Assembly: GCF_028368995.1 (NCBI RefSeq) | Contig: NZ_JAQNDL010000003.1 | Span: 2,688,001-2,752,000 of the forward strand | Direction: 5' to 3' | DNA length: 64,000 nt | DNA from: Nannocystis bainbridge | Lineage (GTDB): Bacteria; Myxococcota_A; Polyangia; Nannocystales; Nannocystaceae | Shown here: piece after piece, positions 40,994 through 50,607 of the stretch | How the letters are laid out: each line of letters begins with the position of its first letter | How positions within the stretch are numbered: the stretch's first letter is position 1 | Notes under the pieces: model-generated | Database searches by the model: none | Seen by the model: the letters and a program-made list of their open reading frames with translations, nothing else | Told to the model about the DNA's origin: nothing | Made by a program: the position numbers and the translations under genes

Positions 40994-41073
40994 GGGCATG
41001 TCCTCGCGGACATGCCCTTTTTGACATGGTCAAAAGAGCATGTCTCAGAGGGCATGACCATTCAGACATGTCA
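40994..41073. repeat. Longest 14-bp periodic array: six CATG-centred decamers with 4-nt spacers
   Basis: CATG at 40997, 41011, 41025, 41039, 41053 and 41067. Confidence 0.95.
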
Positions 41074-41180
41074 CGACATTGCGCGCCATGCATCACCCCG
41101 ACGCGCCCGAGCCGCCTCGACGCGCGCGTGATTCCAGCGCCCGCTTTTTGATAAAGCGAGAGAGAGTCTTTGGGACAGGC

Positions 41181-42935
41181 TCAGCCGCCGAGCCGGCGCG
41201 CCAGTTGGTCTTCGTACAGCGACGGCGGGTCGAGCGGCTCGACCTGACCGGGGCCCTCGACCCAGTCCTCCGGCGCGGTCCCGGCGGCGTCGGGCGACTC
41301 CAGGCTGGTCTCGACCGCCAGCTGCGGGCCGACCCCGATCACGTAGCCGTGGCCGAACTGGCGCGAGCGCACCACCCCCTTGCCGCTCGCGTTCCACACC
41401 GCCGACTGCGTCGCGCTGTGGCCGGCCCCGCTCGACCACGCCAGGCGATTGACCGCGCCCCAGCCGTCGTCGACCACGCTCTGGTCGAGCAGGTTCGCCG
41501 TCGCCAGCGAGTGGTGGAACTCCGACAGCCCCACCGTCCCGAACTCGCTGCCCATCAGCGCCACCGCCTTGCCCTCCGAGCTGTGCACCCGCAGCCACAC
41601 GATCCCCGTCGCGCCGAAGCCCCAGTTCTGCACGAAGTTGTGCCGCCCCGCCCGCGCCACGCAGTCGCGCACCAGCACCTCCCCGCTCTGCATCACCTCG
41701 AACAGATAGCCGTTGCCGCCGTCGCCGCGGTGCTGCGCCAGCTCGAGCGTGCTCTCGGCCACCGTCACCCGCGCGCTGCGCTGAATCGTCAGACCGCCGG
41801 ATTGCAGGTGGCGCCCGGACCCCTTGCCCTCCGCCGGCGCTCCTGGCGACACGAACGACCTCACCCCCGAGACCCACGCGTCGCGCACCCCGATCATCGC
41901 CACCGCGTACACCTGGTCCTGCGACCACGCGTCCTCCCAGCCGACCGCGTTGGCGACCCCGACGTCCATCAACGCCACCTCGCGCAGCAGCCCCGTCACC
42001 GGCCGCACGCTGGCCTGGTCGCGCACGAGCGCCGGGTAGCGCAGCGGCACGTCGAGCTCGAGCGTGCCGCTGACGCCGTCGACCGCCGTCACGGTGCGCC
42101 AGAAGAACGGCTGCCAGGTGTCGTTGAACTGCTGCCAGGTGCCCGTCATCGCGTGCTCGCCGACGAACGCCGGGGAGATCTGCCAACCGATGGCGATCTC
42201 GTCGCCGACCTTCAGGCTGCTCGGATCGGCCACCGTGATCGTGCGCGACCGCTCCTCTCCGCTCTCGGTCAGCGCCACGTCGACCCCCAGCTGCGGCGCG
42301 CCGGCGAACGTCAGATGTGCCTCATAGGACATGTCCGAAAAGGCAGTGAACCATAGTCGGCTCTGCTCGGCCCCGTCGCCCTGGATCACCGTGTTCGAGC
42401 TGCTGACCGTCAGCCGCCCGTCGACCCGGTAGAGCCCCGCCGGCAGGCGCACGACCGCCCCGCCGGCCGCGGCCGCGGCGTCGAGCGCGGCCTGCAGCGC
42501 CGCCGTCGCGTCGCTCGCCCCGGTCTGATCGGCCCCGTGGTCGCGCACCGCGTCGATCGTCTCGGCCGGCAACACGCTGCCCGGCGTCACCTCGGCCAGG
42601 CGATAGCCGGCGTACGAAAAATCGTGGAGATAGCGCCCCTCCGGCCCCGTGAACGCCGGCGTCCAGTCCTCCGGATAGAGCTCGCTGCGCCACCCCGCCG
42701 GCTCGCCGGTCGTGCTCGTCCCGTCGCCCGTGCTGCTGCTCGTCCCGGTCGGCCCCGTCGTGCTCGTCGGCTCGCCCGTGGTGCCTGACGGATCGCTCGT
42801 GGTCCCCGTCGTCGTGCCCGTCACCTCCGCGCCCGTGCTCGGGCCCTCGCCCGTCGAGGTCGACGCGCTCGTGCTGCCGTCGCCCCCGCCACAGGCCATC
42901 ACCCACACCACCGACGTCACCGCGAGCCGACGCAT
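41181..42935 (-). CDS. Lipoprotein with pectate-lyase-like beta-helix (GH28/55-related)
   Basis: VMAC lipobox, Thr linker, DFSYAGY, HGADQTGASDATAALQAALD, LPAGLY, IQGDG. Confidence 0.82.
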   Translation of the reverse strand: MRRLAVTSVVWVMACGGGDGSTSASTSTGEGPSTGAEVTGTTTGTTSDPSGTTGEPTSTTGPTGTSSSTGDGTSTTGEPAGWRSELYPEDWTPAFTGPEGRYLHDFSYAGYRLAEVTPGSVLPAETIDAVRDHGADQTGASDATAALQAALDAAAAAGGAVVRLPAGLYRVDGRLTVSSSNTVIQGDGAEQSRLWFTAFSDMSYEAHLTFAGAPQLGVDVALTESGEERSRTITVADPSSLKVGDEIAIGWQISPAFVGEHAMTGTWQQFNDTWQPFFWRTVTAVDGVSGTLELDVPLRYPALVRDQASVRPVTGLLREVALMDVGVANAVGWEDAWSQDQVYAVAMIGVRDAWVSGVRSFVSPGAPAEGKGSGRHLQSGGLTIQRSARVTVAESTLELAQHRGDGGNGYLFEVMQSGEVLVRDCVARAGRHNFVQNWGFGATGIVWLRVHSSEGKAVALMGSEFGTVGLSEFHHSLATANLLDQSVVDDGWGAVNRLAWSSGAGHSATQSAVWNASGKGVVRSRQFGHGYVIGVGPQLAVETSLESPDAAGTAPEDWVEGPGQVEPLDPPSLYEDQLARRLGG

Positions 42936-43172
42936 GATCTCCAGCATGCCCGAGCACCGACCTCAGCCGTAAGGGGCCGCCGATCGCCGCTGCCTCACGA
43001 CCTCCGCCACAGCGCCTGACTGTTCGGACATGCCCTTACGGACATCTTCGAAAGTGCGCGCGGCCGCGGTCCGCCGACCCCGGCGAACAGCGGCCGGTTT
43101 CACTCGCAAAGACGTGTCGTGAATCTCACCCGAGCGGGAACTTTACCGCCCTCCGAGCGTGCCACCCTTTGC

Positions 43173-44828
43173 GTGAGCGCCCCCAGCGTGACCCCTGTCG
43201 CACCCGTCGTCGCCGAGGTCGTCGCCCGTCATCGCGGCCGCATCGTCGACGTCCAGCACGTCCGCTGGCGCGAGCCGCCCGCTGTCACTCCGGCGGCCTT
43301 GCTCGTCGGCGGCGCGGCGCTCTCGCTGCTCGGCCTCGCCCTCGCCCTGCGCGGCCTGGCCCAGGTCGGAGCCGCCGCCGCCTGCGAGCTGCCCCCCTGT
43401 CCCACCGTCGGCGCCGGCACTGGCCTCGGCGCCTGCCTCGTCGCCGCCGGCCTGCTCCCGCTGGTCCTCGGACTGGTCCGCTGGCGCGACCGCGCGCGCG
43501 CTCGCTACACCCTCGGCGAGGCCCCCGGGGCCGACTTCATCGTCGCCGTGCCCGGGGCCCCCGCCGAGGGCGTCCCGCTGATCATCGCCCTCGAGCAGGG
43601 CTTCGTGCTCGGCCTCCCGCCCGGCGCGCGCGGCCACGTCAGCGGCGACAGCCCGATCGACCTCGCCGAGGCCGTCGCCCAGGGCCGCCGCTCGCTCGCC
43701 CTCCCGGCCGGCGCCGCGGCCCGCATCGAGCTCGGCGACCTGACCTTCGAGATCTCCCAGGTCGCGCCCGCCGACGCCCCACACGACCCGATCGAGCTCG
43801 ACCGCCTCGCCTGGCTCAGCCACGCGGCCGCCCTCTTGCTGGTCGGCGGCTGGGCGCTGTGGCTCGGCACCTCCGAGCCGGTCGCCGTCGTGCTCGACCA
43901 CGAGGCGCAGATCGAGCTGGCCGCCCGCTACATCACCCCCGCGCCGCCGCAGCCCGAGTCGGCCCCGCCCCCGCCGCCGGTCACCACCCCACGCGTGGCG
44001 CTGCCGCGTCAGGTCGAGAAGCCCGCGCGCGCCCCCGAGCCTGCGCCCGAGCCCGAGGCCCCGCCGCTCGGCTTCGTCGTCGACGAGAGCGCCGGCCTGG
44101 TCGCCCCGTCCTCACCGGCAGCCTTCGCCCGTCGCCCGACCAAAGTCGGCTCTCGCTTCGACCGCCGCTTCGACTACGACCGCGTCGCCGGCCACCTCGG
44201 CGATCCCGGCTTCGTCGGCGCCGTCGAGGACTTCACCGTCAACATGAAGCACGGCCAGCGCGCCTACAAGGGCGGTCCCGAGGACGACGCCTGGTGGGCC
44301 CAGGCCACCGGCGGTCCCCCGCGCACCAGCAAGCATTTCGGCGGCCTCGAGCTCGCCGAGACCGAGCGCGGCGGCGGCCTCCACCCCGCCAAGCCCGCGG
44401 CCAAGCAGGCACCTGTCTCTCAGGTCACGTTGACCGCCTCGCGCGGCCTGCCGCCGCCGACCAAACAGGAGCTGGCCGAGGACCGCATCATCGCCCAGCT
44501 CCACATCGACGGCCCGGTGATCACCGGCGACGCCGGCCTCGACAAGATCGCCCTCAAGCAATACGCGCGCAAGCGGGCCGGCCCGTGGCGCGCCTGCTAC
44601 GAAAAGGCGCTGCTCAAGGACCCCGAGCTCGCCGGCATCATGCAGTTCCAGGTCCACTTCGACGAGGCCGGCGAGGCCACCCTCGCCCGCGTCAACTGGT
44701 CGACTCTCTCGATCGGCAAGATCGAGGACTGCCTCGCCAAGGCCTCGCTCGGCTGGCGGCTCGCGCCGATCATGCCCAAGCCGACCAAGGCCGTGTTCGA
44801 GCTGCAGTTCGAGTCGCACACCCGCTGA
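43173..44828 (+). CDS. AgmX/PglI (GltG-like) protein with TonB-like C-terminal domain (start uncertain)
   Basis: YTLGEAPGADF, Pro-rich stalk, RACYEKALLKDPELAG, IEDCL. Confidence 0.7.
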   Translation: MSAPSVTPVAPVVAEVVARHRGRIVDVQHVRWREPPAVTPAALLVGGAALSLLGLALALRGLAQVGAAAACELPPCPTVGAGTGLGACLVAAGLLPLVLGLVRWRDRARARYTLGEAPGADFIVAVPGAPAEGVPLIIALEQGFVLGLPPGARGHVSGDSPIDLAEAVAQGRRSLALPAGAAARIELGDLTFEISQVAPADAPHDPIELDRLAWLSHAAALLLVGGWALWLGTSEPVAVVLDHEAQIELAARYITPAPPQPESAPPPPPVTTPRVALPRQVEKPARAPEPAPEPEAPPLGFVVDESAGLVAPSSPAAFARRPTKVGSRFDRRFDYDRVAGHLGDPGFVGAVEDFTVNMKHGQRAYKGGPEDDAWWAQATGGPPRTSKHFGGLELAETERGGGLHPAKPAAKQAPVSQVTLTASRGLPPPTKQELAEDRIIAQLHIDGPVITGDAGLDKIALKQYARKRAGPWRACYEKALLKDPELAGIMQFQVHFDEAGEATLARVNWSTLSIGKIEDCLAKASLGWRLAPIMPKPTKAVFELQFESHTR

Positions 44829-44831
44829 GTT

Positions 44832-45881
44832 TCAGCGGGCGATCATCCCCTCGTCGACGAAGAACCGGTGCCACGCGCGCACCGCCGCCGGCAGGTCGCC
44901 CGGCACGAACCCGAGCTCCTGCTGCGCCTTGGTGGTGTCGGCGCGGCGCTGCATCGTCAGCACGAACACCGCGCCGGGCGTCAGGTGCTGCGGCACGTTG
45001 GGGAACAGCCTGGCCATCGGCTTGGAGATCGTGCGCGCCACCGCCGACATCAGCCGCGGCGACAGGGCGATCGGCCGCCGGTCGGTCCCGATCTGCTCGG
45101 CGAACAGCGCCACCATCTCGTCCATCGTCACGTAGCGGGTGCTGAAGATGTAGCGCTGACCGGTGCGCCCGCGCTCCATCGCCAGCACGTGCCCGCGCGC
45201 CAGGTCCTCGGTCGTCACCGCCTCGTAGCCGCCGGGGATGATCGCCCGCAGCTTGCCGCGCGAGAAGTCGATCATCGCCTTGCCCGTGCGCGACGGCAGA
45301 TAGTCGTACGGCCCGACCACCCCGGTCGACACCGCGATCACCACGTCGAGCCCGTCGGCGCACGCCTGCAGCACCTCGTGCTCGGCCAGCACCTTGGTCC
45401 GCGAGTACGGCATCCACTCGACGAACGGATAGAACGGCATGTCCTCGTGGCACGCCTTGCGCGGGTCGTCCGGGTCGAAGCCGATCGTCGAGAACGAGCT
45501 CGTGTGGACCACCCGGGCCACCCCGGCCCGCTGGGCCGCGCGCAGCACGTTGCGGGTGCCGAGCACGTTGATCTGCCACAGCTCCCGCATCTGCGGCTCG
45601 GTCGGGCTCAGCACCGAGACCTTGGCCGCGGTGTGGTACACGCGCACGCAGCCCTTGGCCGCGCGGGCCACCGAATCGGCGTCGAGCAGGTCGCCTTCCA
45701 CACGCTCGACCGGCAGGCCCTCGACCCCGCGGTTGTTGTGCCGAGGATGCACCAGCACTCGCACATCCTCTCCTGCGGCCAGCAGATGTCGCACAAGGCT
45801 CGCACCGACGTGTCCGCTCGCGCCGGTCACCAGCGTCTTGCCGTTGGGAGGCGACGGAACACTGCTCTGAGGGGTCGTCAT
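44832..45881 (-). CDS. NAD-dependent epimerase/dehydratase (HpnA/dihydroflavonol-reductase-like extended SDR)
   Basis: TGASGHVG, HTAA, NVLGT, HTSS, YSRTK. Confidence 0.9.
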   Translation of the reverse strand: MTTPQSSVPSPPNGKTLVTGASGHVGASLVRHLLAAGEDVRVLVHPRHNNRGVEGLPVERVEGDLLDADSVARAAKGCVRVYHTAAKVSVLSPTEPQMRELWQINVLGTRNVLRAAQRAGVARVVHTSSFSTIGFDPDDPRKACHEDMPFYPFVEWMPYSRTKVLAEHEVLQACADGLDVVIAVSTGVVGPYDYLPSRTGKAMIDFSRGKLRAIIPGGYEAVTTEDLARGHVLAMERGRTGQRYIFSTRYVTMDEMVALFAEQIGTDRRPIALSPRLMSAVARTISKPMARLFPNVPQHLTPGAVFVLTMQRRADTTKAQQELGFVPGDLPAAVRAWHRFFVDEGMIAR

Positions 45882-45987
45882 GGCGCGCAACGAGACCACG
45901 GCGAACGCGCCCTGTAAAGCGCACCCCGCTCGCGACGTGGCCCACGTCGCACCGCGATGGCCGCTGCGTTATGCTCGCGGGCCCCGG

Positions 45988-47424
45988 ATGGCACAGCGCC
46001 CGCTGACATGGTCGCGTCGGCTGATCGCCGTGCTCGAGCGCGGCCTGCCGCCCGCGCTGCTGGAGGACCACGAGATGCGCCGCCGCGCCCTCCTCATCGA
46101 GGGCACCGCCTGGCTGGTCATCCTCGCCTGCGCGCTCACCGTGCCGGTCATCCTCGCCACCACCACCGGCATCGGTCGCATCACCTCGCTGGCCGCCGAC
46201 CTCGGCACCATGCTGCTCACCTTCGTGGGCCCGGGGCTGCTGCGCCTGCGCGGCACCCCGGCCGCCGCCGGCCACTGGATCACCGGCTGCGTGTTCGCAG
46301 GTACCCTCTACGCCGTCTCGACCACCGGCGCCTTCGCCTCGCCCTACTGGATCTTGCTGGCGATCGTGCCCTTCCTGGCCGCGCAGATGGCGGGCCGCAG
46401 CGCCGGCCACCTGTGGGGCGCGATCTGCCTGGTCGGCGTCGTCGCGCTGTTCGCCGTCGACCGCTTCACTGGCGTCCTGCCCCAGTTCCACGACCCTGAC
46501 CTCACCGGCTCGACCACCGCGATCTACGGCGCCATGACGATCCTCGCCGTGCACGGCCTCAGCCACCTGGCCGACCTCGCCAAGGACGAGGCCATCGCGC
46601 GCGCCGAGGCGGCGGCGGTCCAGCTCGAGCACGCCGACCTCGAGGTCGAGCGCGCGCGGATCCTCGCCCAGCAGGCGGTCGCGGCCAGCACCGCCAAGTC
46701 GGCCTTCATGGCCACCATGAGCCACGAGCTGCGCACCCCGCTCAACGCCGTCATCGGCTACGCCGAGATGTTGGTCGAGGACGCCGACGCCCAGGGCCTG
46801 CCCGACATGCGCGACGACCTCGTCAAGATCGTCGGCGCCAGCCAGCACCTGCTCGGCCTCATCGACGACGTGCTCGACCTCTCGCGCGTCGAGGCGACCA
46901 AGCTCGACCTCCAGCGCGAGCAGTTCGCCGCCGAGGACGTCGCCCGCGAGGTCGCCGAGGCGCTGCAGCCGCTCGCGCGCACCCGCGGGACCGCGCTCGA
47001 GGTCCGCCCGCCCGCGGTCCCGCTCATCACCCAGCTCGACCGCGGCCGCGTGCGCCAGGTCCTCGTCAACCTGGTCGGCAACGCCCTCAAGTTCACCGCT
47101 CGCGGCCGCGTCACCGTGTACGTGCGCGGCGAGGCCGACGGCGACGCGCAGTTCGTCGTGTTCGCGGTCGAGGACACCGGGATCGGCATCCGCGAGGGCG
47201 ACCACAAGCGCATCTTCGAGCCCTTCACCCAGGTCGACTCGTCGCCGCGCCGCCGCTACGAGGGCACCGGCCTCGGCCTCTCGCTGTGCAAGCACCTCGT
47301 CGAGATGATGGGCGGCACGATCGGCGTGCGCTCGCAGGTCGGTCAGGGCAGCGTCTTCACCGTGCGCTTGCCTGTCGCGGCTCCAGGGCGATCCGCACCG
47401 GCCGCGCCGGACGCAGCGTGCTGA
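45988..47424 (+). CDS. Membrane sensor histidine kinase
   Basis: Transmembrane helices, MSHELRTPLN, NLVGNALKF, DTGIG, GTGLGL. Confidence 0.95.
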   Translation: MAQRPLTWSRRLIAVLERGLPPALLEDHEMRRRALLIEGTAWLVILACALTVPVILATTTGIGRITSLAADLGTMLLTFVGPGLLRLRGTPAAAGHWITGCVFAGTLYAVSTTGAFASPYWILLAIVPFLAAQMAGRSAGHLWGAICLVGVVALFAVDRFTGVLPQFHDPDLTGSTTAIYGAMTILAVHGLSHLADLAKDEAIARAEAAAVQLEHADLEVERARILAQQAVAASTAKSAFMATMSHELRTPLNAVIGYAEMLVEDADAQGLPDMRDDLVKIVGASQHLLGLIDDVLDLSRVEATKLDLQREQFAAEDVAREVAEALQPLARTRGTALEVRPPAVPLITQLDRGRVRQVLVNLVGNALKFTARGRVTVYVRGEADGDAQFVVFAVEDTGIGIREGDHKRIFEPFTQVDSSPRRRYEGTGLGLSLCKHLVEMMGGTIGVRSQVGQGSVFTVRLPVAAPGRSAPAAPDAAC

Positions 47425-48736
47425 CCCCGACGCTCGGCACCTCCGCCTCCGTCAGCCGCCAGCTGTAGCGCCGGGCCACCGCCGCCAGCGCGATCACCAG
47501 CTCGAGCAGCGCGAAGTGGATGCCGATGCAAATGCGATGACCTGCCCCAAAGGGCATGTACGCCGATTTCTGGCGGGCCTGCGCCGCGCCGGGGGCGAAC
47601 CGATCGGGGTCGAAGCGGTTGGGGTCGGCCCACACGTCGGGCTGGCGGTGCAGCTCGTGGACCATCACCGTGATGATCGTGCCCTTGGCGATCGGGTAGC
47701 CGCCGAGCACGTCGTCGCGCGCGGCGGTGCGGGGGATCGCCCACACCGCCGGGTACAGCCGCAGCGTCTCGTCGATCACCTGCCGCGTGTACGGCAGCTT
47801 CGGGATGTCCTCGAGGCCAGGGATGTCGTGGTCCAGCGCGTCGACCTCGGCCTGCACGCGCGCCAACACCTCCGGGTGGCGGGCCAGCAGCGCCAGCGCC
47901 CACGTCAGCGACACCGCCGTCGTCTCGTGGCCGGCGATGAACACCGTCATCACCTCGTCGCGCAGCTGCTCGTCGCTCATGCGGCGGCCCGACTCCTCGT
48001 CGCTGGTGGCGATCAGCACGTCGAGCAGGTCGCGCTGCTCCGAGCCTGACGCGCCCGCGCGGCGCTTGCCGATGAGGTCGTAGATGAACGCGTCGACCTC
48101 TTGCTTGGCCGCCACGAACCGGCGGTTCTGCGGCGTCGGGATCCACAGCGGCGGCGTGAACAGCTCGAACAGGCGCCGGCTGGCCAGGTCGAGCGCCGTC
48201 CCGATCGAGCGCCCGATCGGACCGGCCTCGCCGATCTCCGGCACCCCGAACATGGTCCGGCCGATCACGTCCATCGCCATCCGCATCGACTCGAACAGCG
48301 CCTCGATCTCGGTCTGGCCCGACCAGCGCTGCAGCATCTGCTCGACCGCCGCGCGCATGTCGTCGGCGTAGCGCTGCACCGCCTTCGGCGTGAAGTGCGG
48401 CTGCATCAATCGCCGCTGGCTGGTCCACGTCTCGCCCTCGGACGAGAACAGCCCCTGCCCGACCAGCAGCCGCAGCCCGTCGATCTCGCCGAGCTTTTGA
48501 TACGCCCCGCGGCTCTCGACCAGGATGTGCTGCGCGTGCTCCGGGCGGACCGTCGGCACCACCACGATCTTGCCGAAGTGGACCGCCAGCGGCGCGCCGT
48601 AGCGGCGCACCAGGTCGGTCATGCCGACGAAGTTGGTCTTCCTGGCGATGTCGACCATGCTCCCGAGCCACGGCAGACCGGGCGCCCGCGGCATCGACCT
48701 GAACGGCGTTTTACGGACATCGACGGGCGCGTTCAT
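47357..48736 (-). CDS. Cytochrome P450
   Basis: AGHETT, ETLR, FDPDRF, PFGAGHRICIG. Confidence 0.96.
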   Translation of the reverse strand: MNAPVDVRKTPFRSMPRAPGLPWLGSMVDIARKTNFVGMTDLVRRYGAPLAVHFGKIVVVPTVRPEHAQHILVESRGAYQKLGEIDGLRLLVGQGLFSSEGETWTSQRRLMQPHFTPKAVQRYADDMRAAVEQMLQRWSGQTEIEALFESMRMAMDVIGRTMFGVPEIGEAGPIGRSIGTALDLASRRLFELFTPPLWIPTPQNRRFVAAKQEVDAFIYDLIGKRRAGASGSEQRDLLDVLIATSDEESGRRMSDEQLRDEVMTVFIAGHETTAVSLTWALALLARHPEVLARVQAEVDALDHDIPGLEDIPKLPYTRQVIDETLRLYPAVWAIPRTAARDDVLGGYPIAKGTIITVMVHELHRQPDVWADPNRFDPDRFAPGAAQARQKSAYMPFGAGHRICIGIHFALLELVIALAAVARRYSWRLTEAEVPSVGVSTLRPARPVRIALEPRQASAR

Positions 48737-48785
48737 CGCAACGGTCAGCGTCGCACAATCGCTGCCCGTCTGGTACTGTCGCGGC

Positions 48786-50075
48786 GTGACGGCCCTCGGC
48801 GTCGGCATCCTCGGCCTCGGCAACGTCGGCGCGGGCACGGTGCGGCTCCTCGGCGAACGCCGCGAGCGCATCGAAGCCCGCCTCGGGGTGGCCCCGACCA
48901 TTCGTCGTATCCTCGTGCGCGACCGCGAGCGCGAGCGGGCCGTCGAGGTCGCGCCGGAGCTGCTCACCACCGACATCGACGAGGTCCTCGGCGACCCCGA
49001 GATCGCCATCGTCGTCGAGCTCATGGGCGGCGTCGAACCGGCGCGCAGCTACATCCTGGCCGCGCTGCGGGCCGGCAAGCACGTCGTCACCGCCAACAAG
49101 GCGGTGCTCGCCGAGCGCGGCGCCGAGATCTTCGCCGAGGCCGCGCGGGTCGGTCGGGCCGTCGTCTTCGAGGGCAGCGTCGCCGGCGGGATCCCCCTGC
49201 TCCGCAGCCTGCGCGAAGGCCTCGCAAGCGACCGGATCACCGGCCTTTGCGGGATCGTCAACGGCACCTCCAACTACATCCTCGACGCCATGACCCGCAC
49301 CGGCGCCGGCTTCGCCGACGCGCTCGCCGGGGCCCAGGCCGCCGGTTACGCCGAGGCCGACCCCAGCCTCGACGTCGGGGGCGGCGACGCGGCCCACAAG
49401 CTGGCGCTGCTGGCCCTCGTGGCCTTCGGCGTGCAGGTCGACCCGGGCACGATCGCCACCGAGGGGATCTCCCACGTCACCGCGTTCGACATCCGGGCCG
49501 CGGCGGAGCTCGGGTTCGTCATCAAGAGCCTGGCGATCGGCCAGCGCGACGAGCACGGCGTCGGCCTCCGCGTCCACCCCACGCTGGTCCCCCGGGACCA
49601 CGTGCTCGCCGGCGTCCAGGGGGCCTTCAACGCCGTGCTGGTCCAGTCCGACGCCCTCGGCCCCAGCCTCTACTACGGCCGCGGCGCCGGCATGATGCCG
49701 ACCGCCGTCGCCGTGGTCTCCGACATCCTCGAGGTCGCCCGCGACATCCTCGCTGGCCTGTACTCGCGGCCAGGTCCTTCCGGACATGTCCCTTCGACCA
49801 CCTCAAAGCCCGTCAGCCTGCGCCCGCTGGCCGAGGTCGTCTGCGCGCACTACCTGCGCTTCCGCGCCCCGCACGTCCCCGGCGTGCTCGGCCGCGTCGC
49901 CGCCTGCCTCGGCCGCCACGGCGTCAGCATCCGCCGCATGGCGCAGGAGACCCCGTCGGCCGACGGCTCGGCGGCGATGGTCATGCTGACCGAGCCCGTC
50001 GCCGACGGCTCACTCGCGGCCGCCCTGGTCGAGGCCGCCCTGCCCGTCACCCGCCTGCGCCTGCTCGCGGAGTGA
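48786..50075 (+). CDS. hom: Homoserine dehydrogenase with ACT domain
   Basis: GLGNVG, VVTANK, FEGSVAGGIP, NGTSNYIL, GYAEADP, GRGAG. Confidence 0.95.
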   Translation: MTALGVGILGLGNVGAGTVRLLGERRERIEARLGVAPTIRRILVRDRERERAVEVAPELLTTDIDEVLGDPEIAIVVELMGGVEPARSYILAALRAGKHVVTANKAVLAERGAEIFAEAARVGRAVVFEGSVAGGIPLLRSLREGLASDRITGLCGIVNGTSNYILDAMTRTGAGFADALAGAQAAGYAEADPSLDVGGGDAAHKLALLALVAFGVQVDPGTIATEGISHVTAFDIRAAAELGFVIKSLAIGQRDEHGVGLRVHPTLVPRDHVLAGVQGAFNAVLVQSDALGPSLYYGRGAGMMPTAVAVVSDILEVARDILAGLYSRPGPSGHVPSTTSKPVSLRPLAEVVCAHYLRFRAPHVPGVLGRVAACLGRHGVSIRRMAQETPSADGSAAMVMLTEPVADGSLAAALVEAALPVTRLRLLAE

Positions 50076-50234
50076 CGGCGGCTCGACCTGTTCGAAGAGA
50101 CAGATCGCGGCGTTCGGCGCGGTCGACGGCGGACCGACCTGCCCGAAGAGACAGTGATCGGCATGCGGCGCAGCCGGCCGAAGCTCCTCGGCCCGGCGAG
50201 CGACGATCGTGAATCACCTGTCCTCAGGGACAGC

Positions 50235-50540
50235 TCACACGATCTCCGGGAACACCGCGTCGTAGCGCAGCAGGCAGAAGATCGCCCGCGGCTGATCGCG
50301 GATCCCGGCGATGTGCAGCGCGCCTCCGCGCTGCTTGAGGTGCATGTACAGCCCCATGATCTTGGCCACCCCCGCGTTGTCGATGTGCTCCAGCCCGGAC
50401 AGCTCGAGCGTCACCTGCTTGCGGCCCTCGGCGAGCACCGCGTCGAACGGCGTGTCGGTGTTCGCCGCCGTCGCGGCATCGAGGCTGCCGGCGAGCGCGA
50501 GGGTGGTCGTATCGTCCTGGTCGGTGCGCGAGATCTGCAT
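50235..50540 (-). CDS. STAS-domain anti-sigma factor antagonist
   Basis: LAGSLDA, LELSGLEHIDNAG, 101 aa. Confidence 0.85.
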   Translation of the reverse strand: MQISRTDQDDTTTLALAGSLDAATAANTDTPFDAVLAEGRKQVTLELSGLEHIDNAGVAKIMGLYMHLKQRGGALHIAGIRDQPRAIFCLLRYDAVFPEIV

Positions 50541-50607
50541 GGGCTTCGCCGCATCGTAGCCCGGCGCCCGGCCCATGCACGAGCGCGATCCGCCGCGAGC
50601 CTCCGCG

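Noticed and set aside
40994-41073. The decamers match the eukaryotic p53 half-site RRRCWWGYYY
   Set aside because: The resemblance is real, but the context is clearly bacterial and no p53-like protein is evident. I treat it as coincidence or convergent use of a flexible CATG core.
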